17,685 nt of DNA from an uncultured Alphaproteobacteria bacterium (GTDB lineage Bacteria; Pseudomonadota; Alphaproteobacteria; Rs-D84). The translations under genes and the position numbers were made by a program. Position 1 is the stretch's first letter. Each line of letters begins with the position of its first letter. Below are positions 1 to 8,028 of this stretch, in pieces. A model generated the notes under the pieces. That model did no database searches. It had not been told where the DNA came from and worked only from the letters and a program-made list of their open reading frames with translations. The DNA lies in assembly GCA_947053455.1 (NCBI GenBank), contig CAMRSV010000014.1, positions 1-17,685 on the forward strand, written 5' to 3'.

Positions 1-62
1 TAATTGACCTGCAGAAAAAAGTACAAAAATTTGATAAGGCACCAAATCCTGCATTACAGTAA
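1..62 (+). CDS. 3' end of an upstream CDS, truncated by window edge (...IDLQKKVQKFDKAPNPALQ*)
   Basis: Open frame from position 3 to TAA at 60-62, followed immediately by a terminator hairpin; product not identifiable. Confidence 0.5.
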   Translation, partial: IDLQKKVQKFDKAPNPALQ

Positions 63-65
63 AAC

Positions 66-92
66 AACACCGCCCCATTCGGGGGCGGTGTT
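66..92. terminator. Bidirectional intrinsic terminator
   Basis: Stem AACACCGCCCC (66-76) / GGGGCGGTGTT (82-92) between convergent stops at 62 (+) and 94 (-), with A/T-rich flanks. Confidence 0.85.
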
Positions 93-93
93 A

Positions 94-1566
94 TTAATCA
101 ATCAGGCTTTTACCCTTCATATCCGCCGGCTGTGGCAGATTTAGTAACTTTAATATTGTTGGCGCAATATCGGCCAGACCACCATTATGCACCGAATAAT
201 TATCATTGGAAACCAATATAAAGTTTACCGGGTTTGTCGTGTGCGCCGTCCATGGGGCATTATTTTTATCATCCCACATTTTTTCGGCATTGCCATGGTC
301 TGCGGTAATCAAAAGCGCGCCCCCCAATTCCAGCACACCCGGCACCAGGCGGGACAATTGCGCATCCAGAACCTCCATAGCGCGAACGGCCGCGTCTTCT
401 TTGCCGGTATGCCCAACCATGTCACCATTTGCATAATTTAATATCACAACGTCAAATTGAGCCAATTTTGGCATCAGCGCATCCGTGATTTGAATTGCCG
501 ACATTTCCGGCGCCAAATCAAACGTGGCAACCGCGGGTGATGCAATCAAAACCTTTTCACCGCCGGGAAAATCAGTATTGCGTTCCGCATCAAAGAAATA
601 TGTCACATGATTGTATTTTTCGGTTTCTGCAATACGCAGTTGTGATTTGCCGTTTGACGCCAAAACATCGCCCAGCGTATTTTCCACTGCCACATCAGGC
701 AACAGGGCGGGGCACAGTTCATTTAAACCTTCGCCATATTGGGAAAAGCACAGAATGTGTGCATTAGTGGTCAAAATCGCGCGCATTATTTGGCGGGCGC
801 GGTCGCTGCGATAATTGCCAAACAAGAATCCATCACGCGGTGTTATCGGCATATCGCCATCAATAACCGTGGGTTTTATAAATTCATCGGTTTCACCGCG
901 TGCATATGCCGCCGCAAGTGCATCTTTGATTGTTGCGGCATGAAATTCCGCCTGACCATGCGCAATCGCGTCAAACGCCAATTGTGTACGCTCCAGATTC
1001 TGATTTCTATCCATCGCGTAATAACGCCCCGAAATCGTTCCGAAAAACGCACGCCCATCCGCCATATATTCAGCCAATTTTTCACTTATCAATTCTATAT
1101 ACTTTTCGGCGGATTTCGGTGGTGTGTCGCGTCCATCGGCGATAAAGTGAATACATACGCGCAGCCCCACCGCCAAAACGCGGCGTGTGATTGTCATCAT
1201 GTCATTTATATCGGAATGAACACGTCCATCCGACATCAATCCCGCTATATGCACGATGCCGCCGTCAGCCTTTACAGAATCAATAAATTCGCGCAATGCC
1301 GGGTTTTTATCCCAGTCTTCGATTTGAAAACGACGCAGAAACTGGTTCACAATGCGACCGGCGCCAATTGTAATGTGTCCAACCTCTGAATTTCCCATGG
1401 TTCCATCCGGCAGACCGACGGCCGGACCACTGGCGTCCAATTGTGAATGTGGATATTTGTGCAATAATTCGTCAAAGTAAGGCATGCGAGCCATTGCCAC
1501 CGCATTATGTTCGGTTTTCGGGTTTATTCCGACCCCGTCCATTATACATAAAACTATCGGTTTCAT
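94..1566 (-). CDS. gpmI: 2,3-bisphosphoglycerate-independent phosphoglycerate mutase
   Basis: Motifs MDGVG, MGNSEVGH (catalytic Ser), DGRD, GRYYAMDR, AETEKYNHVTYFF, DMVGHTG, TADHGNAE, TAHT; purine-rich SD (AGGGGG) upstream. Confidence 0.97.
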   Translation of the reverse strand: MKPIVLCIMDGVGINPKTEHNAVAMARMPYFDELLHKYPHSQLDASGPAVGLPDGTMGNSEVGHITIGAGRIVNQFLRRFQIEDWDKNPALREFIDSVKADGGIVHIAGLMSDGRVHSDINDMMTITRRVLAVGLRVCIHFIADGRDTPPKSAEKYIELISEKLAEYMADGRAFFGTISGRYYAMDRNQNLERTQLAFDAIAHGQAEFHAATIKDALAAAYARGETDEFIKPTVIDGDMPITPRDGFLFGNYRSDRARQIMRAILTTNAHILCFSQYGEGLNELCPALLPDVAVENTLGDVLASNGKSQLRIAETEKYNHVTYFFDAERNTDFPGGEKVLIASPAVATFDLAPEMSAIQITDALMPKLAQFDVVILNYANGDMVGHTGKEDAAVRAMEVLDAQLSRLVPGVLELGGALLITADHGNAEKMWDDKNNAPWTAHTTNPVNFILVSNDNYSVHNGGLADIAPTILKLLNLPQPADMKGKSLID

Positions 1567-1623
1567 ATTCTTTTCCCCCTTAATTTTTTTATTTCAGGAA
1601 AGAATAACACAACTGTTTTTTGA

Positions 1624-1653
1624 TTGCAAAATAAAAAGAAAAATTGTAATAAT
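1624..1653 (+). promoter_or_regulatory. Putative sigma70 promoter of the XRE regulator
   Basis: TTGCAA at 1624-1629, 17-18 nt spacer, TGTAATAAT at 1645-1653; SD GGAG before ATG 1696. Confidence 0.5.
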
Positions 1654-1695
1654 GTATTAGGAACATTGTCTTAAAATTGAAGTGGAGATGAAAAC

Positions 1696-2109
1696 ATGAG
1701 CGGAAGGCCTTTTAAACCGTCGTCAATTGACGCACATATTGGACAGCGTGTACAATTACGTAGAAGTATGATGGGACTATCCCAGAAAGATTTGGCAAAA
1801 ATTTGCGGAGTTACATTTCAACAGATACAAAAATATGAAACCGCCGGCAATCGCATTTCTGCGTCACGTCTGTTTGAATTAAGTACCGCACTTGAAACTC
1901 CCGTGACATTCTTCTTTGCTGGGTTGCCAGGGTATCTGCCACCAGAAAACCGCAGCGGCCGACCGTTACGTGTTTCAGATCAACACCCCGATGATCCGTT
2001 GGGAAAAAATGAATCACTGCAGTTGATAAACCTTTATTGGAAACTGCCTAACGATGACCAACGTAAAATGGTTATGAAAATGTTGCGCACATTAAATGGC
2101 GCAGAATAG
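1696..2109 (+). CDS. XRE-family (HTH_3) transcriptional regulator, alphaproteobacterial type
   Basis: HIGQRVQLRRSMMGLSQKDLAKICGVTFQQIQKYETAGNRISASRL...PVTFFF is the typical alpha-type XRE HTH signature; divergent from gpmI. Confidence 0.92.
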   Translation: MSGRPFKPSSIDAHIGQRVQLRRSMMGLSQKDLAKICGVTFQQIQKYETAGNRISASRLFELSTALETPVTFFFAGLPGYLPPENRSGRPLRVSDQHPDDPLGKNESLQLINLYWKLPNDDQRKMVMKMLRTLNGAE

Positions 2110-2128
2110 GCCGGTTTATGTACACTAA

Positions 2129-2156
2129 AAAACAGTCGCAATTGTGCGACTGTTTT
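2129..2156. terminator. Bidirectional intrinsic terminator
   Basis: AAAACAGTCGCA (2129-2140), loop ATTG, TGCGACTGTTTT (2145-2156); T-tracts on both strands. Confidence 0.88.
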
Positions 2157-2177
2157 ATTTTGTTTCATGTGTAAAAA

Positions 2178-2381
2178 TTATATTTGCAGACGCTGAAAAT
2201 TATCAAATGTGTTCACTTTTTCGTCTATTATTTTATCCTTGAAAACGGTACCGCCGTTATTTATCCCAGGACTTGTTATCGGCTGGGGTTTCTGTGGCAA
2301 TGTGATAATTTTGTCTTTTATCGGGGATTCAATAATCGGATTCTTTATATTCTTCGGCGGGTTTACAGTGCCATTATTTAC
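2178..2381 (-). pseudogene. Out-of-frame C-terminal tail (67 codons, Pro/Ile/Lys/Asn-rich) of the upstream exported protein, separated by a G12 tract
   Basis: Frame VNNGTVNPPKNIKNP...QRLQI* is open from the G-tract to TAA at 2178, just before the terminator; no convincing independent SD/start. Confidence 0.6.
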
Positions 2382-3589
2382 CCCCCCCCCCCAGGGATAA
2401 CGCACTTTTTATAATCATCCGCCGATACAAATGTCCAGCATGCAGTTGATAAAGACTTGGTTGATGCGGTTGATGTGCTTGTATTGTTGCGGGTCTTTCC
2501 CTTGCCATATTGCAGATCGGTTGAACTGTATGATGTTGTCGCGCGACAATATCCGGTATCGGTCGCGGTTTCATCAAATATCTGACCCACGGCGCATTGA
2601 ACACATGTTCCGTCAACCGGCGATGCGCCACCGCGAACATTTGTAAAACATGCCTGACACGTTTTATCGGTGGTTGATGGAAATGCGTATCCAGCGTTGT
2701 TGCAGCGATATTGATAACACTTTTTCTCTGAATCATATGATAATTTCATCGTGCTTTGGTCATAGCTATTGGATGACCAACCGGAACAAAGTTGCGTTAT
2801 TGCACAGGTTGCTTCGTCAATTGCAACACAGTCATTACCGGCCGCATTTGCGGTATAGCCGTTTTTACACAACAAGGTTGATTCACCCGCCGGCCATGCA
2901 TCAATGCCACCTTTACGACTTTTATAATCTTCACGGCGTGCACGAATCACAAATGGGGTCGCCCATGCGCCATGACCGCCCTCCAGCCATTTGGAGACCA
3001 CTAAAATCATATCATGTTCTTGGTCCGCATGAACGCCACAGCTCTTATATTGATTCCAATGAAACATTGCAATGGATGATTCTACGCCGATTGAACGCGC
3101 CATTTTATATTTATCAAAAACCGAACGCAAGAATTGCACGGAATCACATCCGTTCAAAGTTGTTCCCTGGCACTTTTCACCGGTATAACCGGGTTTGCAA
3201 AGCCAGTGGCACTGTTGAGCCTCCTCGGCTGGTTCGGCATAAAGAGTCCATGCGTCGCCTTTCTTTTCATGTTCGGCATAAATTGTCGTTACACAGAATT
3301 TGGCGCCGTTTTCATTTACTTCGCGTGCAACCAACATCAAAACGCCCATATCGTCCCCCAGGACGCATTGTGAAGGTGAATTACGGTCAATACTATAATT
3401 ACCTATGCATATATCCTTGTTTGCCCCGATTGTCGCATCGCCGGTGTCAGATTTGCTACAATGACTCATTGTCGGGTTTTTCCAACTGGATAATAATGAA
3501 TTTATGTTATTTTCCCCACCGGCAAATGACGTGAACGGAATACACTGCGCAAATAATAACGGTAAAAATATTTTCTTTATATTCTTCAT
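2378..3589 (-). CDS. Cys-rich exported protein with EGF/furin-like Cys spacing; ends PGGGG* at the G-tract
   Basis: Signal-peptide-like MKNIKKIFLPLLFAQCIPFTSFA; motifs CHWLCKPGYTGEKC, CKNGY...C, CQAC, CVQC. ATG 3589 has SD GGGTGA (the ORF track uses GTG 3598). Confidence 0.85.
   Translation of the reverse strand: MKNIKKIFLPLLFAQCIPFTSFAGGENNINSLLSSWKNPTMSHCSKSDTGDATIGANKDICIGNYSIDRNSPSQCVLGDDMGVLMLVAREVNENGAKFCVTTIYAEHEKKGDAWTLYAEPAEEAQQCHWLCKPGYTGEKCQGTTLNGCDSVQFLRSVFDKYKMARSIGVESSIAMFHWNQYKSCGVHADQEHDMILVVSKWLEGGHGAWATPFVIRARREDYKSRKGGIDAWPAGESTLLCKNGYTANAAGNDCVAIDEATCAITQLCSGWSSNSYDQSTMKLSYDSEKKCYQYRCNNAGYAFPSTTDKTCQACFTNVRGGASPVDGTCVQCAVGQIFDETATDTGYCRATTSYSSTDLQYGKGKTRNNTSTSTASTKSLSTACWTFVSADDYKKCVIPGGGG
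2381..2392 (-). repeat. Homopolymeric G12 tract (C12 on + strand)
   Basis: 12 consecutive C at 2381-2392, by far the longest G/C run I saw in the window. Confidence 0.95.
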
Positions 3590-3601
3590 ACTATTCACCC
3601 A

Positions 3602-5950
3602 TCATTTTGGAACATAGCAGTTTCCGCTTTCATAATATCCGCCCAAAATACCGCACCGTTCTTCATACCACTTGCTGGTGAATATGCATTCATCCTTGGC
3701 GCGGTCATACGTCGCTACCGGTTCTTTGCCGGCATCGTTATATGACAGGCAACGTATTCTGGTTGTATTTTCAACACATCTTCCATAAGCGTAATTTTGG
3801 TTGGCACCAGGATATACCGCGCTATAAAACGCCGTTAATGGGTTTGAACCAGTTGCACTTTCGGTATCGGCCGCATCAACCCAGTATCCGTCTAAATCTT
3901 CACAGATTTGCCCTAATTGATATTCTAGTTCTTCCTGAAGGTCTTTTATAGACTTTTCGACCTGTGCCTTGACCGAGGCATCCAAATCCTTTTGTCCGGT
4001 TGCGGCATTTATACAGTTTTGTGATGCAAATTTAGTTATCAAATTTCTAATCTCATTGGCATCATAACTACGGCAATTATACGGGAATCCCTTATCGCCG
4101 GTTGTTGGCGTACAAGTACTCTTTATATAGGTGTCAATTGCTGTCGCGCATCCTTCGGCGACGCGAACATTATCAACACTATCAACAAAACTAATTAATG
4201 CCGCCATACCGCACACTTTGCCACTTTTTGCGGTTACTTTGCCAGTATTTGAATTAATGTCACATCCATCAGGGTCGCCATACAATGCCGCACAAGCGGT
4301 TACTTGGTCGCGACACATTTCCTTGGCGGCATATGCCGACAGGGCACCAGAAACCTTGGCGGTATTGGTATCAAAATCCTTTAACGCATTGGACTGGGTA
4401 TCATAACATTGCGCCATTGTGGACACACATGACATTTTTACTTCTTCTATTTTCGCCGCCTGGGCCTGGGCGATTTCAATAATGGCACTGCGTTTGAATT
4501 CTTCCCATACAGTGGCAGATATATCGCGGCATGTGTCAAGTGCACTTTCCGCGTACATTTTCTTTTCATCCAAGAATGAATTAAACTGCCGGTTTTCTAG
4601 TAATATATCGGAATCCATGTTACCACTTAACGTGATAAGGGATGTCAATTCATGTAATTTTGATGAATAAATCACTTCGCCAGTTGACGGGACGACATAC
4701 AAGCCGGTTGGATCCAGACAGCGCGAATAATTCGCCCCACAGGCATTTTCGTTCGACATAGCAGTTTTTACCGAGGCAATACAATCATTGACGTCGGCCG
4801 AATTATGTGATTGATATTCTTCTAATCTAGCCTCGCGCAGGTATTTTTCTGCGGTACGAACAATTTTTTCTATAGTTTGGCGATCTGAATCTATTTTCTT
4901 TTCATACGCATTGCAATCCTGTGTAATCAGAATACTGTACGAACTGCGCGCCATGTTTAGAACTGCACTATTTTCGCATGAATCAGATATTATCTGCAGA
5001 CATTGGTCATTGGCGGAATTATAAAGTGCCGCGCCCTCTAATGCGGTCAAATCGCTCGTTGCAGTGTTTGATGAAAAAAATGAACTGCCGTTGTCGCCCC
5101 ATATATCATCAATATCATCGGAAAAATTAACATCCATCAACCCTGACGGATTAATTCCAGATTGCGTTGTTGTTTTAGGTTTTGCTTTTCCCGACAACAA
5201 ATCGCCGATTTCTGACAACATTTGTGATGCGGCACTGGTATCACTTTTTATGGCGTTTTCACCCTCGGTTGCAGAATACATGGCATTAACTTCTTCCGCC
5301 GTCAGATTAACCGCCGTTAAGTTGTTGTTTTCAAATCTGGCCAAAATATCCTTGGCCTCGTCAAAGGCGGTCTCGGTATTTCGGAACTCAATAAACTTAT
5401 CACTGCAAAAGCATCTGCGGTATGTGTCGTTCGCGTTTGCGCAAAACTGATCCATACAGGTTGCATAAGCCTCGCGGCATTGGGAATATCCGCTGCCAAT
5501 TTTTGAAACATCATTGAAAACGGCCGTGGCGCGTGCACTGCTGGCGGCGCGAGATAATGCCGCACGCGAAGTGTTTGTTGCACTGCGCGCAGATGATGTT
5601 CCAACCGCTGTACGCGCCGTTGCACCGACGGTGGCGCTGCGTACTGTGGCCGTTTTTGCCGTTGCGACACGTGCCGTATTGGCGTTGCCGCGTACAGATG
5701 TAACGGGAACGGCAACCCGTGCCGCCGTATTTGTTGTTGATGCGGTACGTGAAACCGTTGTTGTCCCGCGCCGCGTCGCAGCACGAGATGTCGCGCCCCC
5801 ATCGGATACAGTTGCGCCACGACCATCAGAACGCGTGGAGGCAGATACATTTGTGCCGCTGCGCGGGTTTGGTGCCTGGACAGCAAAAACCATACCACAA
5901 TATGTGGCCATCATTAAAGTACAGAAAAATTTTATTCCACGTAAATTCAC
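3602..5950 (-). CDS. Large exported protein: signal peptide, Ala/Arg/Thr/Ser-rich low-complexity region, then Cys-containing helical domains
   Basis: 782-aa ORF with hydrophobic N-terminus (IKFFCTLMMATYCGMVFA), ARxA/RSA-rich tract, and CREAYATCMDQFC...CFCS plus further Cys pairs. No known family recognised. Confidence 0.85.
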   Translation of the reverse strand: MNLRGIKFFCTLMMATYCGMVFAVQAPNPRSGTNVSASTRSDGRGATVSDGGATSRAATRRGTTTVSRTASTTNTAARVAVPVTSVRGNANTARVATAKTATVRSATVGATARTAVGTSSARSATNTSRAALSRAASSARATAVFNDVSKIGSGYSQCREAYATCMDQFCANANDTYRRCFCSDKFIEFRNTETAFDEAKDILARFENNNLTAVNLTAEEVNAMYSATEGENAIKSDTSAASQMLSEIGDLLSGKAKPKTTTQSGINPSGLMDVNFSDDIDDIWGDNGSSFFSSNTATSDLTALEGAALYNSANDQCLQIISDSCENSAVLNMARSSYSILITQDCNAYEKKIDSDRQTIEKIVRTAEKYLREARLEEYQSHNSADVNDCIASVKTAMSNENACGANYSRCLDPTGLYVVPSTGEVIYSSKLHELTSLITLSGNMDSDILLENRQFNSFLDEKKMYAESALDTCRDISATVWEEFKRSAIIEIAQAQAAKIEEVKMSCVSTMAQCYDTQSNALKDFDTNTAKVSGALSAYAAKEMCRDQVTACAALYGDPDGCDINSNTGKVTAKSGKVCGMAALISFVDSVDNVRVAEGCATAIDTYIKSTCTPTTGDKGFPYNCRSYDANEIRNLITKFASQNCINAATGQKDLDASVKAQVEKSIKDLQEELEYQLGQICEDLDGYWVDAADTESATGSNPLTAFYSAVYPGANQNYAYGRCVENTTRIRCLSYNDAGKEPVATYDRAKDECIFTSKWYEERCGILGGYYESGNCYVPK

Positions 5951-5972
5951 AGATTTACATCTCTCTGAATAT

Positions 5973-6002
5973 ATTTTATCACTTTTTGTGAGTGTGAATC
6001 AA
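5973..6002 (-). promoter_or_regulatory. Putative promoter for the 782-aa gene
   Basis: Minus strand TTGATT (6002-5997), 18 nt spacer, extended -10 TGaTAAAAT (ends at 5973). Confidence 0.5.
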
Positions 6003-6009
6003 TACAGAA

Positions 6010-6618
6010 TTATTCAATGCAGCAATTAACCGCATTTTTTACCCAATTTCCTAATTTTTTCACCGTAGATTTTGATTCTGGTATATTTTCAGATTTTGCC
6101 GCTGCATTTTTTTTAGTAACGGGAACGGATTTCAATGCGCATTCTTCGGTTGCGTGTTCATAAACATCCGGTGCAATTTGACGTACCCCATCCAAATTTA
6201 TCAAATCCATGTTAATTCCCCAGAACAACGAATACAAATCATACGCTTTGTTGAACAGGTTATAGGCATCCTGGGTGTTACCCGCCCCAAGAGCTTTTGT
6301 GCCAACTTCCATCAGACGCATAGATGCCGCCAGCAGATGTTTTGATATGCACCATACTTCACCGGTTTGCGCCGTGGATTTCTTTACAATGCGTTCCATC
6401 AATTCCTTGCGCATATCGCGAACGGTATTAATCATATCATAAAAACCGGTCTTTTGCGTTTTTGCTCCGCTAAAGAAAAAATGTTCTTCCAATGAAATCA
6501 GATTCATCAACGCGATGGATAAATCTTGGTCTGATGACAAATCCAACGGATTTACCTTTTTTGCAGCATCCATTTTCTGAATCATTTCATCCATGGTTAA
6601 CTTTTTTTCTTTTTTCAT
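6010..6618 (-). CDS. Hypothetical helical soluble protein with EEH, WCxxKH and C-terminal CC motifs
   Basis: 202 aa; strong SD AAGGAGG; DLSIALMNLISLEEHFFF, GEVWCISKHLL, terminal NCCIE. Confidence 0.85.
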   Translation of the reverse strand: MKKEKKLTMDEMIQKMDAAKKVNPLDLSSDQDLSIALMNLISLEEHFFFSGAKTQKTGFYDMINTVRDMRKELMERIVKKSTAQTGEVWCISKHLLAASMRLMEVGTKALGAGNTQDAYNLFNKAYDLYSLFWGINMDLINLDGVRQIAPDVYEHATEECALKSVPVTKKNAAAKSENIPESKSTVKKLGNWVKNAVNCCIE

Positions 6619-6636
6619 TTTTACCTCCTTATACTG

Positions 6637-7134
6637 TTACCGACATATCACTAAAATCCAACTGGCAATGGCCAGAACTACAATGGGCAACACTACCTTT
6701 TCAAACGGAAAATGCGCATGGCCGCCATTTTTAGCCTTCATCCAATCATATGCTTTTTCGGTCAGAATAAATAATATCGCCCCAAGGATTGTTCCAAATA
6801 ACAACGGGTCTATATTTAAAACACCCATATATGTGCATGGGGTATAGGCCACCTGACCGAGATAGGCAAACCCAATCGTTGCGACAGACAACACAAGAAC
6901 CAGGGCGTTTCTGCCCCAAAAGCGCCATCCGCGCGCATCCATAAACTTTATAATCCAATATCCAAATATTGCCAGCAAGGCACCAACCCACAGTCCCATT
7001 ACCGCATCCGGCACACCCATGCGTCGGGTAATTGGCAATGCCGCGCCAATTGCAACCGTACATACCGGACATGCAGGATTGGCCAATACAGTCGATGGCG
7101 ACAACAATAACAAAAATCCAAGTAATTTCTTCAT
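6637..7134 (-). CDS. Hypothetical polytopic membrane protein with N-terminal CPVC (CxxC) motif
   Basis: 165 aa; signal-like N-terminus ending VLA, then NPACPVCTVAIGA, about 4 hydrophobic helices, and GGHAHFPFEK; SD AAGGAAGG. Confidence 0.85.
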   Translation of the reverse strand: MKKLLGFLLLLSPSTVLANPACPVCTVAIGAALPITRRMGVPDAVMGLWVGALLAIFGYWIIKFMDARGWRFWGRNALVLVLSVATIGFAYLGQVAYTPCTYMGVLNIDPLLFGTILGAILFILTEKAYDWMKAKNGGHAHFPFEKVVLPIVVLAIASWILVICR

Positions 7135-7153
7135 CTTTCCTTCCTTTTGGTCA

Positions 7154-7183
7154 ATTTTACAAAAAATAATATTATCGGGTCAA
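7154..7183 (-). promoter_or_regulatory. Putative promoter for the CxxC/CC gene pair
   Basis: Minus strand TTGACC (7183-7178, overlapping the rsmH stop), 18 nt spacer, TAAAAT (7159-7154). Confidence 0.55.
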
Positions 7184-8028
7184 TATGATTTTATAACGGA
7201 CCGGCAATGTGCACTGCGGGCGCGCGGGTTTTGCGCAACTTCCGCGGCCGATGGGGTCGATGCGCGCAATAATTTGAACGGTGCCGCTGCAATAGACGGC
7301 ATACGCGGATCGCCGGGCGCCGTTGTCCATTCGCGGAATGTGTTTTTGACAATTCTATCTTCGATTGAATGAAATGTGACGCACACACATATTCCGCCAC
7401 TTTTTAGCAGATTTGGCACCGCATCCAATGCACGCGTCAATTCACCCATTTCATCATTGACCGCAATTCTCAATGCTTGAAATACCGGCGCAATGTCACG
7501 CGGGTCATGTATAAGATTACGCAGCGCACCCGTAGTGGTTGGGGCTGCATCCTTTAATGCGCGAGCGATTGGCATCGCCTTTTTAACATCACCAAAATCA
7601 CGCAGTATTTTAGCTAATTGCGACGCATCCGATGATGCAATCAATTCAGCCGCACTGATACCGGCGGCGGACATACGCATATCCAACGGCCCGTCAAATC
7701 GAAACGAGAAACCACGCGCCCCTTCGTCAATCTGCATGGATGATATACCTAAATCAAATACAACCGCATCATATTGTTCATCCAGATTTCCCATTGCGGA
7801 AAATGGTTTCGGGATAAATGTGAATCTATTACCAAATTCGGCCTTTATTGCATCTGCATCCCCCGCGACATGCGGATCACGGTCAAACGCCGTCACAATT
7901 GCGCCGGCATTTAAAAATGCGCGCGTATATCCGCCGGCACCGAATGTGGCGTCAATAACGCGCCGGCCACGTAAATCGCCAAGCACACCCATCACTGCAT
8001 CAAGTAATACCGGCACATGCTTTGTCAT
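7180..8028 (-). CDS. rsmH: 16S rRNA m4C1402 methyltransferase RsmH (MraW)
   Basis: HVPVLL, DATFGAGGY, FDRDP, FDLGISSMQID, RGFSF, PLDMRM, FQALRIAVNDE, TFHSIEDRIVK, NPRARSA; ATGA overlap with the dnaE stop. Confidence 0.97.
   Translation of the reverse strand: MTKHVPVLLDAVMGVLGDLRGRRVIDATFGAGGYTRAFLNAGAIVTAFDRDPHVAGDADAIKAEFGNRFTFIPKPFSAMGNLDEQYDAVVFDLGISSMQIDEGARGFSFRFDGPLDMRMSAAGISAAELIASSDASQLAKILRDFGDVKKAMPIARALKDAAPTTTGALRNLIHDPRDIAPVFQALRIAVNDEMGELTRALDAVPNLLKSGGICVCVTFHSIEDRIVKNTFREWTTAPGDPRMPSIAAAPFKLLRASTPSAAEVAQNPRARSAHCRSVIKSY

Noticed and set aside
739-1389. 216-aa plus-strand ORF, and similar ones inside dnaE, rsmH and secA
   Set aside because: Antisense to well-conserved housekeeping genes; no recognisable motifs.
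2650-3534. 294-aa plus-strand ORF
   Set aside because: Antisense shadow of the Cys-rich exported gene; atypical His/Arg-rich composition and no convincing SD.
5317-6029. Overlapping 193-aa (minus) and 171-aa (plus) ORFs
   Set aside because: By-products of the GC-rich, stop-poor low-complexity region of the 782-aa gene.
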